Of a DNA stretch of 64,000 nt, positions 60,439 through 64,000 are shown in pieces. The position numbers and the translations under genes were made by a program. Location of the stretch: the NCBI GenBank assembly GCA_027036135.1, contig JALVSY010000016.1:352001-416000 (forward strand), read 5' to 3'. Origin of the DNA: Pyrodictiaceae archaeon (lineage in GTDB: Archaea; Thermoproteota; Thermoprotei_A; Sulfolobales; Pyrodictiaceae). Each line of letters starts with the position of its first letter. Positions within the stretch are counted from its first letter, which is position 1. Below the pieces are notes generated by a model that was given only the letters and a program-made list of their open reading frames with translations, was not told the origin of the DNA and made no database searches.

Positions 60439-60629
60439 ACTATCACCGCTGCCCAGGGAGTTTCTTTATATGGTTCTCCTTGCCTCTCCTCTCCTACTGG
60501 CCCCCTATTAGTACTTCCTCGGCTCAGTGCCCTAGCGATACAGATTGTTTATATTCTGCCAAGCGGCGCCGAATATTTAAGGGGGTTCTATTAGTGGTTG
60601 CAATAGTGAGGCTGTAAAGAGAGTGAAAG

Positions 60630-62915
60630 GTGGGTTATATGGCTTCTCGTGCGGCATGGATCTCGGCAATAGTGATTATTATAATAATTATAGGCGCAGC
60701 TGCCTATTACTACTCTAGTAAGAGCGGTAAGAAAACGACAACCACAGCCATGACAAGTACAACTCCTTCAACAACCGCTCCGATGACAACAACAACGTCT
60801 AAGCCATCTACAACAAGTACGTCTCCGACAACAACTTATACGACAACTAAGACTAGCACAACACCCCCACCAACGACTACCACGAAGACAACGACGACAA
60901 CTACACCGCCAAAACTGCCCAAAGGCGTACACGTAATAGAGGTTAGCAAAGCAGTGATCGTTGTAGCGCCCAAGGGCGTGCAGATACCAAAGATACCCAC
61001 GCATGGCAAGAAACTAATCATAGTAACATACCAAGTGGATACGAAGAAAACGAAGCCCGTATCACAGTGTACAGCGTTTACGTCAATAGATCCAGCATTC
61101 TATAGGAATGTAACCATTGATGCACTTATAATAGCTGGTAGGGAGGTAACTAATCCACAAGTAAGAGAAGCCATCTATGAGGCTGTGTACAAGCTCAGCA
61201 ACGAGGAGGTACCAATACTATGGCTAGGCCAGTACATATTCGTTAGAACAGAGTGGAGCTGGGTACACGGCCGCTACTACAACCCAGTACTTGCAGAGAG
61301 ATTCGACCTACTATGGGAAGACAAAGACGCCCCATCAGTAAGCCTCGGTTTCGGAGGCTACAAGAACAATGCAACAACCTTCGTGGATGCAACCTTTGGC
61401 TGGCCGCAGTCCTTCGATCCAGCGGCAGATTACGAGACATTTGGCTGGGCGATATTCCATAACATAGGTGACACACTAGTAACCTATTGGAAGTCTGATA
61501 CAACACACGTGATACCCGATCTAGCAGTGGCATGGGTGCACGACAAGACTGGTACTACATGGTACTTCGTCATAAGGGGCGGCGTCAAGGCATATGATCC
61601 ATGGCACCACAAGGTCTACCCAATAAATGCTACCGACGTACTATTCAGTATATGGCGTATAGCGAGACTAGGCCTAGACCCAAGCTGGATGATAACAACA
61701 TTCATCAATGTAAACGCAAGCAAAGTATACACCGAGAAGGAGTTTAACCAAATACTAGCCAAGGGCGGGCTATACGCAACATATCACGGTAAGACTATTG
61801 AGGTTAAGAGCCTAAGCCAACTACTACAGTTCTTCGGCTACAATGGCCCAACAGCTGGAGTTGTCATGCTCAAGCTATACAAGCCTTACGCAGCCATCCT
61901 AGCCATCCTAGCGGATCCATTCACGATGGTAATTCCGATGAAGTACCTATTTGATAACGTGCCTCAGCTAAAAGGCAAATACGCAGAAGCTCTCAAGGAG
62001 GCACAATACGGTAAGAACCCAGCAGCTTGGGCAAAGTACATACAGCCTGGCTCGCATGACCCAACACATCTATACCTTAACCAGTACCCTGTAGGCACAG
62101 GACCCTATTATGTCGCAAGCTACAAGAGAGGTAGCTACATAGTCCTCAAGTATAACCCGTACTACTGGAATAAGACACTATGGAATACACCGCCATATGG
62201 TAGCAATGGCGTGCCCAGCCACAAGATAGCAATCTACTTGATTGTAAGCGACCCAGTAACGCGTATACAGATCTACAAGGCTGGACAAGCAGACATAGCC
62301 GCTGTGCCGACCGATAGGCTAAAGGAGGTAGAAAACTACCAGAACCCGCAGCTAGGCAATAAGTGGAAGATAATAGTTGAGAAGGGTGGCCTAACACTAG
62401 ACATAGTATACATAGTGCTAAACACTATGAAGCCGCCATTCAACAACAAGCTAGTAAGACAAGCACTCATGTACGCCGTGCCCTTCAAGCAGATAGCACA
62501 AGTGGTCTACAGCGGCTACCTAGCACCGCTATACGGTGTCATCCCAGCAGGCCTAATAGGCCACAACGACAACATCGTTATACACTATCACTTCGACCTA
62601 GACAAGGCGATGCAGCTAATCAAGAAGAGCGGTATTAATCCATCACAGTACAGTATAGAGATATGGTACAACCAGGGCAACTCGCAGCGCGAGCAAATAG
62701 CAACACTACTACAGCAGACTTGGAGCCAGCTAGGCTTCCAGGTAAGCGTGAAAGCACTGAGCTGGCCAACACTCTTGCAGAAGACAGACAAGGGCGACTT
62801 CCAAGTATACATAATTGGATGGGCGCCAGATTACCCAGATCCAGACGACTACGCTGGCCCACTACTATGGGGTGGAACATACTTCAGCTACCTACATGTA
62901 ACAGTTCAGAGCTAA
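60630..62915 (+). CDS. oppA: Family-5 peptide-binding protein with Thr-rich tether, circularly permuted
   Basis: N-terminal anchor, Thr-rich linker, PQSFDPA, PVGTGPY, PFNNKLVRQAL, GWAPDYPDP. Confidence 0.9.
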   Translation: MGYMASRAAWISAIVIIIIIIGAAAYYYSSKSGKKTTTTAMTSTTPSTTAPMTTTTSKPSTTSTSPTTTYTTTKTSTTPPPTTTTKTTTTTTPPKLPKGVHVIEVSKAVIVVAPKGVQIPKIPTHGKKLIIVTYQVDTKKTKPVSQCTAFTSIDPAFYRNVTIDALIIAGREVTNPQVREAIYEAVYKLSNEEVPILWLGQYIFVRTEWSWVHGRYYNPVLAERFDLLWEDKDAPSVSLGFGGYKNNATTFVDATFGWPQSFDPAADYETFGWAIFHNIGDTLVTYWKSDTTHVIPDLAVAWVHDKTGTTWYFVIRGGVKAYDPWHHKVYPINATDVLFSIWRIARLGLDPSWMITTFINVNASKVYTEKEFNQILAKGGLYATYHGKTIEVKSLSQLLQFFGYNGPTAGVVMLKLYKPYAAILAILADPFTMVIPMKYLFDNVPQLKGKYAEALKEAQYGKNPAAWAKYIQPGSHDPTHLYLNQYPVGTGPYYVASYKRGSYIVLKYNPYYWNKTLWNTPPYGSNGVPSHKIAIYLIVSDPVTRIQIYKAGQADIAAVPTDRLKEVENYQNPQLGNKWKIIVEKGGLTLDIVYIVLNTMKPPFNNKLVRQALMYAVPFKQIAQVVYSGYLAPLYGVIPAGLIGHNDNIVIHYHFDLDKAMQLIKKSGINPSQYSIEIWYNQGNSQREQIATLLQQTWSQLGFQVSVKALSWPTLLQKTDKGDFQVYIIGWAPDYPDPDDYAGPLLWGGTYFSYLHVTVQS

Positions 62916-63277
62916 TACCGAAACTAGATAGATAAACTATCCTACAATGTTTTTTATTGTAACAATAGCTGTCCTCGTCACGCCTCCACGTATTCTTGAT
63001 CTAGTCTCTCGACTTGTCCTAATTGCTACGAGACTATGTGTCTTATCCCTTGTCCGGAGAAGCCGTAGCTCCTTGTTGATGATTTCTTTGTTTTTGCGCA
63101 ATAAAGGATACTTAGCAGAGAGCCCCATTGCTCAATAGATATTCTTTTCCAGGTGCTGGCATTGGAGAGGTTATGTGTTATCTGGGGTAAAAGTTATCTC
63201 TATCCCCTACACTTTATTTAAACAAGAGTGGAAGACATAACAAGGTATCCCAGTAAAATAGAGGTGATGGAGTCCAA

Positions 63278-64000
63278 TTGAGTATTCACAAGAAGAAAGT
63301 GCCTAAGAAGCCTCTCAGAGTCGATTTCGTCATCAGTGTTGATAGGTGCATGATGAGTAATCATCACGGCAAGGAGTTCATAGGGTTTATGGCGACGGGT
63401 CCAGCTATTGGTGTACCAGAGAAGGTGTGGCGCTGGATAGCTTGCCCTGATATGCGCGTCGATGAGCATGGTAGGCCTTGGCAGGCTCCATACGGGTTGC
63501 GCAAGATCGAGGCCGCGCTGCAAGACGCTGGATTTAATGCCCATGTTATCGACCCGGACTACGTTGCTTACTACGTGACCCATGGCGCTAAGGCTCTTAT
63601 GATAGGTCATCATGATTACTTCGCCTTTGGGCCACCTAGTAACGAGTGGTGGATGGTTAGCGGTAAAGAGCCTATTAATAGGAAGAGCTTCATAGAGTTC
63701 ATAAGCATACCGGAGATATGGAAGGCTAAGCGGGAACATGGTCTCCGGATAGTTGCTGGAGGCCCAGCGGTGTGGCAGTGGGAGGTCTGGAAGGAGGCTC
63801 TAGAGCGCTGGCCAATAGACACGTTGATCGATGGTGAGGCTGAGAAGGTCGTCGTAAAGGTTGCTGAGAAGATCCTCAACGGGGAGGAGCTTCCAAAGAA
63901 AATAGTTGTGCCTCCCAAGGAGAGCCCAAGGATAGAGGAGATACCTCTCATAAAGGCTCCCAGCGTTAATGGCCTCGTGGAGATAATGAGAGGGTGTCCA
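63278..64000 (+). CDS. B12-binding radical SAM protein (3' end outside the window)
   Basis: TTG after GAGGTG; APYGLRKIEAAL, GGP, GEAE and EIMRGCP at the window edge; absent from the ORF track because it has no stop codon. Confidence 0.85.
   Translation, partial: MSIHKKKVPKKPLRVDFVISVDRCMMSNHHGKEFIGFMATGPAIGVPEKVWRWIACPDMRVDEHGRPWQAPYGLRKIEAALQDAGFNAHVIDPDYVAYYVTHGAKALMIGHHDYFAFGPPSNEWWMVSGKEPINRKSFIEFISIPEIWKAKREHGLRIVAGGPAVWQWEVWKEALERWPIDTLIDGEAEKVVVKVAEKILNGEELPKKIVVPPKESPRIEEIPLIKAPSVNGLVEIMRGCP

Noticed and set aside
60730-60910. ACA/ACG-rich repetitive DNA
   Set aside because: It encodes the Thr-rich linker of OppA; it is not a CRISPR array or satellite.
63218-63951. Minus-strand ORFs of 173 and 111 aa
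   Set aside because: They are shadows of the plus-strand radical SAM gene that starts at 63278.
1-64000. CRISPR arrays, tRNA or rRNA genes, integrase or transposase genes
   Set aside because: None were recognised. The many short antisense ORFs in the track are shadows of real genes.

Overview
Archaeal DNA, most consistent with a hyperthermophilic crenarchaeote of Desulfurococcales type. This is inferred from the Hel308, TIP49 and rpl12 genes, GGTGA-type ribosome-binding sites and TATA-type promoters. The first ~40 kb is mostly housekeeping and metabolic genes, with an AT-rich Tat-exported Psr-type molybdoenzyme operon lying between two divergent PAPS-reductase-family genes. About 40.6-51.4 kb is an accessory region full of decayed toxin-antitoxin modules and pseudogenes. 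Inside it is an intact, apparently uncharacterised RiPP-like cluster: a 34-aa precursor missing from the ORF track (44313-44417, MKVLKTEYKNPQILKGMELCSGKGIICGGNASVY, with a YxxPxI leader and two Cys), a radical SAM enzyme with a shortened SPASM/Twitch domain, and a translationally coupled ABC exporter. A perfect 48-bp inverted repeat lies directly upstream of it. The window ends with a membrane-tethered regulator/beta-propeller locus, an Opp/Dpp transporter whose binding protein is circularly permuted, and a truncated B12-type radical SAM gene. Several intergenic box C/D sRNA candidates are noted. All calls come from reading motifs by eye; no database searches were run.
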